DNA of 64,000 nt, taken from Candidatus Gastranaerophilales bacterium. GTDB lineage: Bacteria > Cyanobacteriota > Vampirovibrionia > Gastranaerophilales > Gastranaerophilaceae. Shown piece by piece: positions 44,667 to 53,560 of the stretch. The position numbers were made by a program, and so were the translations under genes. The DNA is taken from the NCBI GenBank assembly GCA_944322665.1, contig CALUPM010000001.1:7201-71200 (forward strand), given 5' to 3'. How positions within the stretch are numbered: the first letter of the stretch is position 1; the number at the start of each line of letters is the position of its first letter. The notes below the pieces were generated by a model. The model was not told where the DNA came from, searched no databases, and worked only from the letters and a program-made list of their open reading frames with translations.

Positions 44667-45557
44667 ATGGACATAAAAAAAATTATCACTGAATCGGCTA
44701 ATAACCCGAAATTTGCGGGCTGGCTTTTTGTTCTGCCGGCTGTTGCCGGTATTCTTATCTTTATAATAATCCCTGTAATCTGCTCTTTCGGATTGAGTTT
44801 TGCAAAGTGGGATTTAATCAACCCGATTGAATTTGCAGGACTTGAGAATTACAGAGTAATTTTTACTGAACCTCTTTTCTTTAAAATTCTTGTAAATACT
44901 GTTGTGTTTGCCATTTCTACTTCAATATTCGGCGTTATTATACCGTTAATCTTAGCCTGTATTTTGAATTCTAAAATCAGAGGAGCAGAATTTTTTAAAA
45001 CTGCGTATTTCCTTCCGTTTATTACACCTATGATTGTTATCGGGATTGTCTGGGAGTGGATTTTTGACCCTAACATCGGGCTTCTTGCAAACGTTTTAAA
45101 CCTTCATATAAACTGGCTTTATGATACAACTTTTGCAATGCCGGCGCTTATTATTGTCACGGTCTGGAAGCTCATCGGTTACAATATGATTATATTTTTG
45201 TCGTCTTTAAGCGGAATTTCAAACAGCATGTTTGAGGCGGCAAAAATTGACGGCGCTGACCTGTTTCAAACTTTTTGCAATGTGACGGTTCCGCTAATGG
45301 CGCCTTCTATATTCTTTGTTGTAATCATTACTGCTGTAAGCTCTTTTCAGGTGTTCGACCTGATTTATCTTATGACGCAGGGCGGGCCGCTCGACAGCAC
45401 TAATGTCCTTGTGTATGCTATTTATAAAAACGCTTTTGAATACTTTAATGTCGGTAAAGCCAGTGCAATTGCTTATGTTCTGTTCTTTATCATCCTTGTT
45501 CTGACGCTTTTGCAGTGGAGTTTGAGAAAAAAACTTGTCTATAATGAAACTGATTAG
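44667..45557 (+). CDS. carbohydrate ABC transporter permease (MalF/UgpA-type)
   Basis: 6 TM segments with an EAA-like loop (EAAKIDGADLFQTFCNVTVPLM). No partner ABC genes are adjacent. Confidence 0.85.
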   Translation: MDIKKIITESANNPKFAGWLFVLPAVAGILIFIIIPVICSFGLSFAKWDLINPIEFAGLENYRVIFTEPLFFKILVNTVVFAISTSIFGVIIPLILACILNSKIRGAEFFKTAYFLPFITPMIVIGIVWEWIFDPNIGLLANVLNLHINWLYDTTFAMPALIIVTVWKLIGYNMIIFLSSLSGISNSMFEAAKIDGADLFQTFCNVTVPLMAPSIFFVVIITAVSSFQVFDLIYLMTQGGPLDSTNVLVYAIYKNAFEYFNVGKASAIAYVLFFIILVLTLLQWSLRKKLVYNETD

Positions 45558-45901
45558 CCGAATAATTTTTGATATAGCGCGCTGTTACTGTCTTTTAAGC
45601 TGTTTAACAGCTGCATTGTGAATTCTATCGGATTTTTAATTTTAGAGGAAGTTTCGATAACTGAATACTTTTGTCCGTCTTTTTCATATTTTATTTCTGT
45701 CTTTGAAACATTGAGCATCCTGCTGTAAAGATGTTTTATATTAAATTCTTGATTGCCTGCGGTTTTAATTGAGTTATTAATTTCAGACATGAAATTTGGA
45801 ACGCCCTGTTCTTTTGCAAATTTATTAACTTCTGCTGTGGCTCTTGAGCTTAAAAATTTTGCGGTAAACACTTGCGGTTGAATGTTGTTTCTGATATCCA
45901 T
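45554..45901 (-). CDS. hypothetical protein (115 aa)
   Basis: AAGGAGG RBS. No family recognised. Confidence 0.5.
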   Translation of the reverse strand: MDIRNNIQPQVFTAKFLSSRATAEVNKFAKEQGVPNFMSEINNSIKTAGNQEFNIKHLYSRMLNVSKTEIKYEKDGQKYSVIETSSKIKNPIEFTMQLLNSLKDSNSALYQKLFG

Positions 45902-46051
45902 GCAGACCTCCTTTGTCTGCTATTAAACACGGTGAAAAATTATTTTTGCGTTAATCGCAGTAAATTTTTGTAACGATTAATACTTTTTCGTTAAAGAAAT
46001 CTTTCTTGCAGTCCGATATAAAATTTATCAGTTTATAGAGGGTTATGTATT

Positions 46052-46195
46052 ATGGATTTTGAAAACTTAAAAAACGAAAACATTATTATTGAAATAAGAG
46101 CACTGATTGATCAGAGCATTGACGATTTGGATGATATTGACAGCTATTGTGAATTTATGCGTGAGATGATTTTGAATACATCCGGCCTGAATTAA
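46052..46195 (+). CDS. hypothetical acidic small protein (47 aa; below the ORF-track cut-off)
   Basis: ATG lies 10 nt after GAGGG. Sequence MDFENLKNENIIIEIRALIDQSIDDLDDIDSYCEFMREMILNTSGLN. Fills an otherwise empty gap. Confidence 0.35.
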   Translation: MDFENLKNENIIIEIRALIDQSIDDLDDIDSYCEFMREMILNTSGLN

Positions 46196-46244
46196 TCTTT
46201 TGTGCAATGGAATATTAAAAATATTTGCTTATCATAAGAGTGTT

Positions 46245-47612
46245 ATGAAAATTGTAATACTCGGCGGTGTTGCGGCAGGCGCAAAAGCCGCAGCAAAAGC
46301 CAAAAGGCTTTTGCCGGATGCACAGATTGATTTATATACTGACGACACTCATGTCTCGTATTCAGCGTGCGGGCTTCCTTATTATATTGAGGGCAATTTT
46401 GAGGATTACAGGCTTCTGCTTGTAAGATCTCCCGGGGAATTTGAGCAGGACGGAATACACATTCATCTCAAAAACCGCGCAGTTAAAATTCTGTCTTCTA
46501 CAAAGCAGGTTTTAATTGAGGCGCTCGGAGAAAACAGGGCGTTTCTTGTTGATTATGACAAATTGATAATAGCAGTCGGAGCGCGCCCTGTTATCCCGCA
46601 AATAAGGAACGTTGATTTAAATAACGTCTTTACAGTGAGAAAAATTGAGGACGGAATTGCAATCAGAAAAAAGGCTGAAGAAAGTTCAAACGCTGTTATT
46701 ATCGGAGGCGGCTATATAGGAATTGAAATGCTTGAAGCTTTAGTCAGGCAAAATGTCCGAACGACTTTGATTGAATATGCGCCAACAATAATGCAAAATT
46801 TTGATGATGACATGTCTGAGCTTATATTAGTCGAACTAAACAAAATTTCCGGAGAAAGATTTGAAATTCTGACATCTGAAATAGCAACGGAATTTTCCGG
46901 CGACAACAGCGGGGTGAAGCTTGTAAGAACAGGTTCGGGCAAAGAAATACCGGTGGATTTTGCAGTAATTTGCGCGGGTGTAAAACCGAACATCGAAATT
47001 GCCAGAGACGCCGGAATTATGCTCGGTGAAACAGGTGCAATAAAAGTTAATAAACGTATGGAAACAAATATTCCGGATATTTATGCCTGCGGTGATTGTG
47101 TGGAAGAAAATTTAATTGTAACAAATACAAAAATCTGGCTTCCGCTCGGCACAAACGCTAACAAAGAAGGGAGAATTGCTGCAATAAGCGCCTGCGGCGG
47201 CAATGAAACCTTTGACGGGGTTCTGGGCTCTGCTGTTACAAGATGTTTGAATTTAAGCATGTCTATGACAGGACTTACAGAAAAGAAAGCACGCACCCTC
47301 GGCATAGAGCCTGTTTCCGTAACTGTCACCAAAAATGATAAAGTCGGCTATATGCCGGACGTGAACAATATCACTCTAAAACTTATTGCAGACAAAAATA
47401 CAGGTAAACTCCTCGGCTGTCAGGGGGTAGGCGCGGGTGATGCAGACAAAAGGGTTAATACAGTGACTTCTGCTCTCCTTGCAGGTTTGACGGCTGAAGA
47501 ATTTTTCAAAAATGATCTAACTTATGCCCCGCCGTTTTCGCCGACAATTGACCCTTTGCTGAATGCCGCGCAAATTCTGTCGGAAAAATTTTCAGCTTAC
47601 ACGGAATCCTGA
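46245..47612 (+). CDS. CoA-disulfide reductase / NADH oxidase family flavoprotein
   Basis: MKIVILGGVAAGAKAA (FAD fold), SYSACGLPYY (redox Cys), second GGGYIG dinucleotide fold. Start at ATG 46245, not TTG 46200. Confidence 0.85.
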   Translation: MKIVILGGVAAGAKAAAKAKRLLPDAQIDLYTDDTHVSYSACGLPYYIEGNFEDYRLLLVRSPGEFEQDGIHIHLKNRAVKILSSTKQVLIEALGENRAFLVDYDKLIIAVGARPVIPQIRNVDLNNVFTVRKIEDGIAIRKKAEESSNAVIIGGGYIGIEMLEALVRQNVRTTLIEYAPTIMQNFDDDMSELILVELNKISGERFEILTSEIATEFSGDNSGVKLVRTGSGKEIPVDFAVICAGVKPNIEIARDAGIMLGETGAIKVNKRMETNIPDIYACGDCVEENLIVTNTKIWLPLGTNANKEGRIAAISACGGNETFDGVLGSAVTRCLNLSMSMTGLTEKKARTLGIEPVSVTVTKNDKVGYMPDVNNITLKLIADKNTGKLLGCQGVGAGDADKRVNTVTSALLAGLTAEEFFKNDLTYAPPFSPTIDPLLNAAQILSEKFSAYTES

Positions 47613-48910
47613 GATTTTTCACATTCTGCAAGGTATTTTCCAAGACCAACGCCCATTGAAAAACAGCATGCCTGAACCCTTATTGCCCCCTGTGCCATAA
47701 AGTCTGCCGAAATGCACCGCCCTGCAGCATAAAGGTTGTCAATGTCCGCTGACATAAGGCTTTCGAGCGGAAGCTGGTAGTCTTTTACAATTCTAAGTGT
47801 GGATTTCCCTTTTTCCGTGCTGTGAACATCTATAGGATAGTTTGAAATGGCTACTGGATGGTCGAATTTTTTGCCTGAGATTATGTCGTCTGCAGTGTAG
47901 ACGTATTTGCCTTTAATACGCCTTGAAACCCTTATTCCGAGCATATCAGCAATGTTTGATATATAAGCCTTCTCAAACCCCGGGAAATAAATTTTGCAGA
48001 AATTCGACAGTCTGAAGATGCTTCTGCGGGCAAGCTGCAATGCTTTTGACATGTTCTTAACCTTTATTGTGTCCGTGTAATCTATAATCCGTGGACAATT
48101 AAAGGCAATATTAGTAGGCATTCCGGCAACCGTAAATATCTGAAAATAGTTCCAATCGTGCTTCTTGAGAATTTTTTTCTGCACAGCATCCTCAAACAAA
48201 GGCGCTAAAGCCCATTCTTTGTCTTTATCCCACGTACAGGCAGTAGAAAGGTGTATAAAACCGTTAATATCCTCTACAGTCGTTACATTACGGTTTTTGT
48301 CAAACTCCTCAAGCCACTTTGCAAACTTCGGAACATCCACCCCGCCCATCAAAAACCTTAAACTGACAGGCTGCTGTTCTTCTTTTTTGTCTAAAAATTC
48401 GCAATTGCAAAGTTTTCCGATTTCACAATTTCCTGTTGCGTCTATATAATATTTCGCTTCGATATATTCCGATAAATCCTTGTCTATTTCTTCTAACGTT
48501 TCGTTATATACAGATAACATTTCTTTAGAAATTTTTATTCGCATAATGCGGCGCCCTTGAACTGTTACATCCTGTATGTGCGTGTCAAAAAAGACTTCCA
48601 CAGCGGCTTTCCGCATCAGGTTGTCCAGAGCAATCTTTGTAAGCTCAGGATTAAACCAGCCTTCATTACCCTCATAAGTCGCCTGTCCGCCCATAGTCTT
48701 TAATTCTGCAACAAGTGCTTCATAAAATTCGGTGTTAATCTGATGTTCACCGCACTTCATAGCCGGAACAACCAGCGCAGACGTAATTGTGCCGCCTAGA
48801 TGTATGCTTTTTTCAATCAGCAAAACCTTCAGCCCTGCCATTCCTGCTGCATAAGCAGCTGCACAGCCTGCTGTTCCTCCTCCGATTACGACGACATCAA
48901 ATTTATACAT
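47597..48910 (-). CDS. FAD-dependent oxidoreductase (PF12831-like)
   Basis: FDVVVIGGGTAGCAAAYAAGMAGLKVLLIEK and a C-terminal AAGRCIS motif. Confidence 0.75.
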   Translation of the reverse strand: MYKFDVVVIGGGTAGCAAAYAAGMAGLKVLLIEKSIHLGGTITSALVVPAMKCGEHQINTEFYEALVAELKTMGGQATYEGNEGWFNPELTKIALDNLMRKAAVEVFFDTHIQDVTVQGRRIMRIKISKEMLSVYNETLEEIDKDLSEYIEAKYYIDATGNCEIGKLCNCEFLDKKEEQQPVSLRFLMGGVDVPKFAKWLEEFDKNRNVTTVEDINGFIHLSTACTWDKDKEWALAPLFEDAVQKKILKKHDWNYFQIFTVAGMPTNIAFNCPRIIDYTDTIKVKNMSKALQLARRSIFRLSNFCKIYFPGFEKAYISNIADMLGIRVSRRIKGKYVYTADDIISGKKFDHPVAISNYPIDVHSTEKGKSTLRIVKDYQLPLESLMSADIDNLYAAGRCISADFMAQGAIRVQACCFSMGVGLGKYLAECEKSQDSV

Positions 48911-49028
48911 AAAATTATTTTAATTTTCAATTTAAAAAAATGCAAAATTTTAAAATTTATTAATTAAGAATTTTTACTTTATACTTTATAACGTTACGCT
49001 ATATTCAAATAAAATTTCTGAAGATCTA

Positions 49029-50432
49029 TTAAGAACTTTTACGGGAAAATGCTTTTATAAATCTGGAACTTGATATTTTATTACTCGTTTCAACCTCTAT
49101 TTTGTGAGCGGCGATTATAGCCTCATTAGAGAGGTCTAAATTTTCGTCACGGTAAAATATACCCGCCTTTGAATTTATCAGTCCTAAATCATATTCTGAG
49201 AGTTCATGTTTTATAAGTGATTTATTTTTTACGGCGATTGTGCCTGTATATTTATTAATTTCAGGATTATAAATTTTTCCGGCAAAAAATCCCGCATTAA
49301 TCATGGCGTTTCTGACAGCAGCGGAATTGGAGTAAGTTAAAATCATTCCATTTTTATCAAGATGCTCATAGAGCAGCTTAAAAAATTCCAGTGACCAGAG
49401 CGCGGGACATTTTGCAGGAGTAAAAGCGTCAAGAAATATAAAATTGTATATGTTTTTATCGCTCTTAAGAGATATCCTCGCGTCTGCCCTTTCCGGCTCA
49501 AAAATAAAATCATCTAAATTCAGGCTATTCAGCGCCTTTTTATAACGTATTGAAATATACTTATAATATATATTATGTAAGAAGGCGTTTAATCTGCATC
49601 GAGGCATAGAATTTAATGTTTTGTTTTTTAAAGCCCTTAAAAAGGCTGTTAATTTACAGTCAAAAAATGGCTTGTATTTTTTTGACTCTATAATCTGCCA
49701 GAATTCAATGTTATCAAATATTTCAGGCATTTTTTCGGTTATGTTTTTGAAAATAATCAAATTGACTTCGGGTTTCAATTTGTATTTTTGACGAAATTCG
49801 CAATTTAAAAGTTTGTTTATTTTTTCATATTCAAAATCCAATTTATTATACTTTTTGTCATTTTCTTTGCCCTGTCTAAAAAACGGCGAAAAGTAAAACA
49901 ATTTTTCATCAACATCAATTGCTTTTACAAAAATTTTGCAATTTTGAAGGTTACTTGCAGAATTTATATGTGAAATATTATTAGAATGTATCGTTTCGCT
50001 ATTTGTTATAATAGCATGTTTATTTTTAGATTGTGTTTCAGAGTAAACTTTATCTGAATATATCATATCGCTAGAATTATTATTAGAATATGTCGTAACG
50101 TTACATAATTTAGATTCATTATTATTAGTATATATCGAAACGATATTTTCTTTCTTGCTGAAAAATTTTTTATTTTTGTTTTTTATTTTTAAAATATTTT
50201 TTTCTAATAAAAAATTTAAAAAACTTTTTGTGTTGTATCCGATTCCGTAGCAGATATCAAGAACTTTTATTTCAGAATTATTTTCAAAATATTTTTCAAG
50301 TTCAGCCGGCAGAATAAACTTTTCATAGGCTTCAGAGAGCGCACCGTAGGTTGAGTGGTAGATGTCGTCCGCTTCAGGGCTGAATAGACCGACCGAGCCG
50401 TCGTTGGTAAAGTAGGGATGAATTTTGTACAT
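49029..50432 (-). CDS. MnmC-type (DUF752) tRNA mnm5s2U methyltransferase-domain protein with large Asn/Ser-rich insertion
   Basis: DGSVGLFSPEADDIYHSTYGALSEA, VLDICYGIGYNT, IFLDAFTPAKCPALWSLEFF, GMILTYSNSAAVRNAMINAGF. An insertion of about 120 aa is built from degenerate repeats. Confidence 0.75.
   Translation of the reverse strand: MYKIHPYFTNDGSVGLFSPEADDIYHSTYGALSEAYEKFILPAELEKYFENNSEIKVLDICYGIGYNTKSFLNFLLEKNILKIKNKNKKFFSKKENIVSIYTNNNESKLCNVTTYSNNNSSDMIYSDKVYSETQSKNKHAIITNSETIHSNNISHINSASNLQNCKIFVKAIDVDEKLFYFSPFFRQGKENDKKYNKLDFEYEKINKLLNCEFRQKYKLKPEVNLIIFKNITEKMPEIFDNIEFWQIIESKKYKPFFDCKLTAFLRALKNKTLNSMPRCRLNAFLHNIYYKYISIRYKKALNSLNLDDFIFEPERADARISLKSDKNIYNFIFLDAFTPAKCPALWSLEFFKLLYEHLDKNGMILTYSNSAAVRNAMINAGFFAGKIYNPEINKYTGTIAVKNKSLIKHELSEYDLGLINSKAGIFYRDENLDLSNEAIIAAHKIEVETSNKISSSRFIKAFSRKSS
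49975..50150. repeat. degenerate tandem repeats (about 4 units, core ATTATTAGAATRTRTCGNNNCG) encoding the Asn/Ser-rich insertion
   Basis: Units seen at about 49978, 50056, 50076 and 50119. They encode IHSNNISH, MIYSD, TTYSNNNSS and SIYTNNNES. Confidence 0.6.
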
Positions 50433-50554
50433 AAACCAATTATAGCGCGGATTTGAGGTGGTTCAAGTTCTTTAAAAATCTCAATATTTTTGTGCTGTTT
50501 GTCGAAAAAATCTCTTTGTGGTATGATATTTTCGGAAATATCTAAAGAGGAAAT

Positions 50555-51499
50555 ATGAAAGTAAGCGTAAAAGTGCCGGCGACAACGGCAAATTTAGGGC
50601 CCGGCTTTGATTGTATGGGAATGGCACTGCCGGTGTATAATACTGTAACAATTGAAGAAACTGTACTTCCGGGAACCGGTGTAGAGATAAATGTAATTTC
50701 TGAAGACGATAAAGCGGATGAATTGTCACTTGAGCATATACCGATGGATGAAAACAGCATTATTTATAAGGCAGTTGAGCTTTTATACAATTCAATCGGA
50801 CAGACTCCGAGTGAGTTAAAAATAACAATTCACACACAAATTCCAGTTGCGCGCGGGCTTGGAAGCAGCGCATCAGTGATTGTAGGCGGGCTTCTGGCTG
50901 CAAATGAACTTCTCGGGCATCCTGCGGATGAAGCGGCTTTATTGTCAATAGCAACAGAGGTTGAAGGTCATCCGGATAATGTTACTCCTGCAATTGTCGG
51001 GGGTCTGGTATTGACTTCCAGTGAAGATGACGGAAGTATTGTTTACAGAAAGCTGGAGTGGCCGAAAGAATGGTCAATAACTGTCTGTATTCCTGAATAT
51101 GAACTTGCGACAGATATTTCGCGTTCCGTTCTTCCGAAAGAAGTTCCGATACAGGATGCTGTATTTAACGCCAAAAGGCTCGGTATGTTTGTTCATGCCC
51201 TGCACACAAAAGATTCTGCTCTGATGAAGCTTGCTCTTAAAGATAAACTTCACCAGCCATACAGGATGAAACTTGTTCCGGGGCTTGAAAAAATTACGGA
51301 AAATTTAAAACACGAGGAAAATGTCCTCGGCTGCGTATTGAGCGGCGCAGGGCCTGCAATCCTCGTTATCAGCGAAAAGAACAACCTTGATAAAATTAAA
51401 TCAATCGTAAGAGATACATGGAATGATTTGAACGTAAAGGCTGAAATATTAACGCTTCCGGTTGAAGAACAAGGTGCCCAAATTATTAAAATTGATTAG
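50555..51499 (+). CDS. thrB: homoserine kinase
   Basis: PATTANLGPGFDCMG and RGLGSSAS (GHMP motif). Confidence 0.93.
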   Translation: MKVSVKVPATTANLGPGFDCMGMALPVYNTVTIEETVLPGTGVEINVISEDDKADELSLEHIPMDENSIIYKAVELLYNSIGQTPSELKITIHTQIPVARGLGSSASVIVGGLLAANELLGHPADEAALLSIATEVEGHPDNVTPAIVGGLVLTSSEDDGSIVYRKLEWPKEWSITVCIPEYELATDISRSVLPKEVPIQDAVFNAKRLGMFVHALHTKDSALMKLALKDKLHQPYRMKLVPGLEKITENLKHEENVLGCVLSGAGPAILVISEKNNLDKIKSIVRDTWNDLNVKAEILTLPVEEQGAQIIKID

Positions 51500-51560
51500 C
51501 CCGAAATTATAATGAAAATGACTTCAAAAACGTAAATACTTGTAAATAAAGCAGGTTTTT

Positions 51561-51743
51561 ATGTTTGTTACAGTTTCTGACAGTTGCATAGGCTGTGGAG
51601 TCTGCTCCATGATTAGCCCCGAAGTCTTTGAAATCCGCACTACTTTTGCAGTTCCTGATATCGCAAAAATAAGCGGACGTGAAGAAAGCTGCATTGATGC
51701 TGCATTAAGTTGTCCTGTAGGGGCAATATTTGTGGATGAATGA
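51561..51743 (+). CDS. small single-cluster ferredoxin
   Basis: CIGCGVC...C pattern. 60 aa. Confidence 0.8.
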   Translation: MFVTVSDSCIGCGVCSMISPEVFEIRTTFAVPDIAKISGREESCIDAALSCPVGAIFVDE

Positions 51744-51754
51744 TTTTAACAATT

Positions 51755-51792
51755 AAAAAAGCCCCCTTGCTTTAAGCAAGGGGGCTAAAAAT
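51755..51792. terminator. bidirectional terminator (ferredoxin gene / 51796..52317)
   Basis: 10-bp perfect stem GCCCCCTTGC / GCAAGGGGGC flanked by A6 and A/T runs. Confidence 0.8.
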
Positions 51793-51795
51793 TTA

Positions 51796-52317
51796 TTAAC
51801 CCTGTCCCGAGTACTGCGGTGTGAAATCCTGTGCCGAAGATTTTGTCATGCTTTCTGCAGCTTTTTCCTGTTCTTCGATAAGTCTCAGTCTGGATTCTAT
51901 ATTTGTTTTTCTGATAGTCAGGCTTTCTTCCTTGCTCTTGAGCGGTTCAAGCTGCGCTTCACGATAATACTCAAATTGATTAGCCCAGATTGATTGAGCC
52001 TGCGCATATCTATATTGTGCTTCTTGTTGTGCATAGTTAAAAGCTTGCACTGCAGCAGAATCTAATTTTGTTAATGAGGTTGGATCGTTAGGATTAACCC
52101 CGTAATGCTCTTCTAAACCGGCCCATATACTAGTCTGAGTTTGCTGACGCAATGCAAGGTCTGCGTTCCTCTGCTGGGACGCAAGCATCTTTTCCATCTG
52201 ACCCATCTGTTTGGTCACTTGGTTTAACTGCGACATTATGGATGTCAACTGGTGCTGCAGTTGAATACGCATTCGCGCTGATTGCATTTTTAGGTATGTA
52301 CCGGTTAGGAAACCCAT
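51796..52317 (-). CDS. hypothetical Gln-rich coiled-coil protein (173 aa)
   Basis: Heptad-like Q/L/M-rich sequence. Internal repeat TSIWAGLEEHY / QSIWANQFEYY. Shared promoter motif at 52348-52378. Confidence 0.7.
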   Translation of the reverse strand: MGFLTGTYLKMQSARMRIQLQHQLTSIMSQLNQVTKQMGQMEKMLASQQRNADLALRQQTQTSIWAGLEEHYGVNPNDPTSLTKLDSAAVQAFNYAQQEAQYRYAQAQSIWANQFEYYREAQLEPLKSKEESLTIRKTNIESRLRLIEEQEKAAESMTKSSAQDFTPQYSGQG

Positions 52318-52347
52318 GTTAAACCTCTATTTTTAGTCCTCGTTAAA

Positions 52348-52378
52348 TATATAAAGTATATTTTTATATGAAAATTGA
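52348..52378 (-). promoter_or_regulatory. shared motif copy: TCAAT-N18-TTTATATA upstream of 51796..52317
   Basis: The box ends 30 nt before the ATG. CAATTTTCAT is shared with the 11585-11615 copy. Confidence 0.5.
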
Positions 52379-52507
52379 CGTTAGATGTTTATAATTTTAC
52401 ATAACTTAACAAAATTGTTACAATTTATTATATTTTTCTTTACAATTGAAAAAAATGTGTTTTATTGATAAACTTTATTAGTATTAATTTTAAGAAAGGC
52501 AGAGCAC

Positions 52508-53560
52508 ATGATTTCACGTTTTTTTTCCGTTAAAAATATAGCTTTTATCGCCGGAATTGTTATATTGCTTTTAATTCTTCCTAAAATTTCAGGAATTGTA
52601 CTTTTGTTTTTTGCGGCTTACGTTCTTGCCTGCGCTATGGATCCTTTTGTTGTGAAATTGCAGTGTAAGCTTAAAAATAACCGGATTCTTGCTTCAGTTA
52701 TAACTGTTTTTGGCGGTATTCTTGCTTTGTTTGCTCTGTTTGCACCGATTATTGCAATCGCTTATAAAGAAATAAAAACATTTATTAAAGTTTTTCCGGA
52801 CAAAATTATGGATGCGGCGAATTATGTGACAACCTTAAAGATTTACGGACACAAAATTGCCGACCTTGTGAATTTTACATCAATTTTTGACACAAATCCT
52901 GACTTTGCCCAGAACCTGTTCAGCCAGTCATGGAATATTACAATAGGCGTTTTTCAGTTTTTTGTAGTGACAGTTGCTATAGGAATGATTATCTTCTACC
53001 TGCTTGTGGATAAAGAATATCTGGTGGAAAAATTTCTGGAACTTTTCCCGCAAAATCTTAAAGAACGTGCTGATTTTATATTTAATACGATTAGCAGCAA
53101 AGTCGGCGGATACGTGAGAGCGCAAATTCTTTCAATGCTGGCGATAGGTATTATGCAGATGCTTGTACTTATGATGCTCGGTGTGGATTATGCACTTTTA
53201 TTAGGCTTGATAACAGGGATTATGGATATTGTACCGGTTTTGGGGCCTACAATCGCTCTTGTTGTAATCCTTCTGGTGGCTTATCCTGTAGGAATTGTGA
53301 AGTTTATTTTAATTCTTGTGACCTTCTTCCTGATTCAACAGGCGTCTAATATTATTGTCAGACCTTTACTGTTCGGCAAATTTATGAAGCTTCACCCGCT
53401 TACAATCTTCTTTGCTCTGTTTGTATGCGAACAATTTATGGGGTTCTGGGGCGTTATTCTTTCACCAGCAATCGCTTCAACTATCTGCGTTTTGATTGAC
53501 GAACTTTACATCAAACCCATAAACGAAAAAAACGAAGAGTCTCCGGAGGAAAATGCCTGA
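52508..53560 (+). CDS. AI-2E family transporter (PerM/UPF0118)
   Basis: 8-TM profile and a typical C-terminal half (IPVLGPTIALV..., GFWGVILSPAIAS). Confidence 0.85.
   Translation: MISRFFSVKNIAFIAGIVILLLILPKISGIVLLFFAAYVLACAMDPFVVKLQCKLKNNRILASVITVFGGILALFALFAPIIAIAYKEIKTFIKVFPDKIMDAANYVTTLKIYGHKIADLVNFTSIFDTNPDFAQNLFSQSWNITIGVFQFFVVTVAIGMIIFYLLVDKEYLVEKFLELFPQNLKERADFIFNTISSKVGGYVRAQILSMLAIGIMQMLVLMMLGVDYALLLGLITGIMDIVPVLGPTIALVVILLVAYPVGIVKFILILVTFFLIQQASNIIVRPLLFGKFMKLHPLTIFFALFVCEQFMGFWGVILSPAIASTICVLIDELYIKPINEKNEESPEENA

Noticed and set aside
51796-52317. WXG100/type VII secretion substrate (contains WAG)
   Set aside because: The length (173 aa) and the position of the WxG do not fit the roughly 100-aa helical hairpin. 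No T7SS genes are present, and the organism appears to be diderm.
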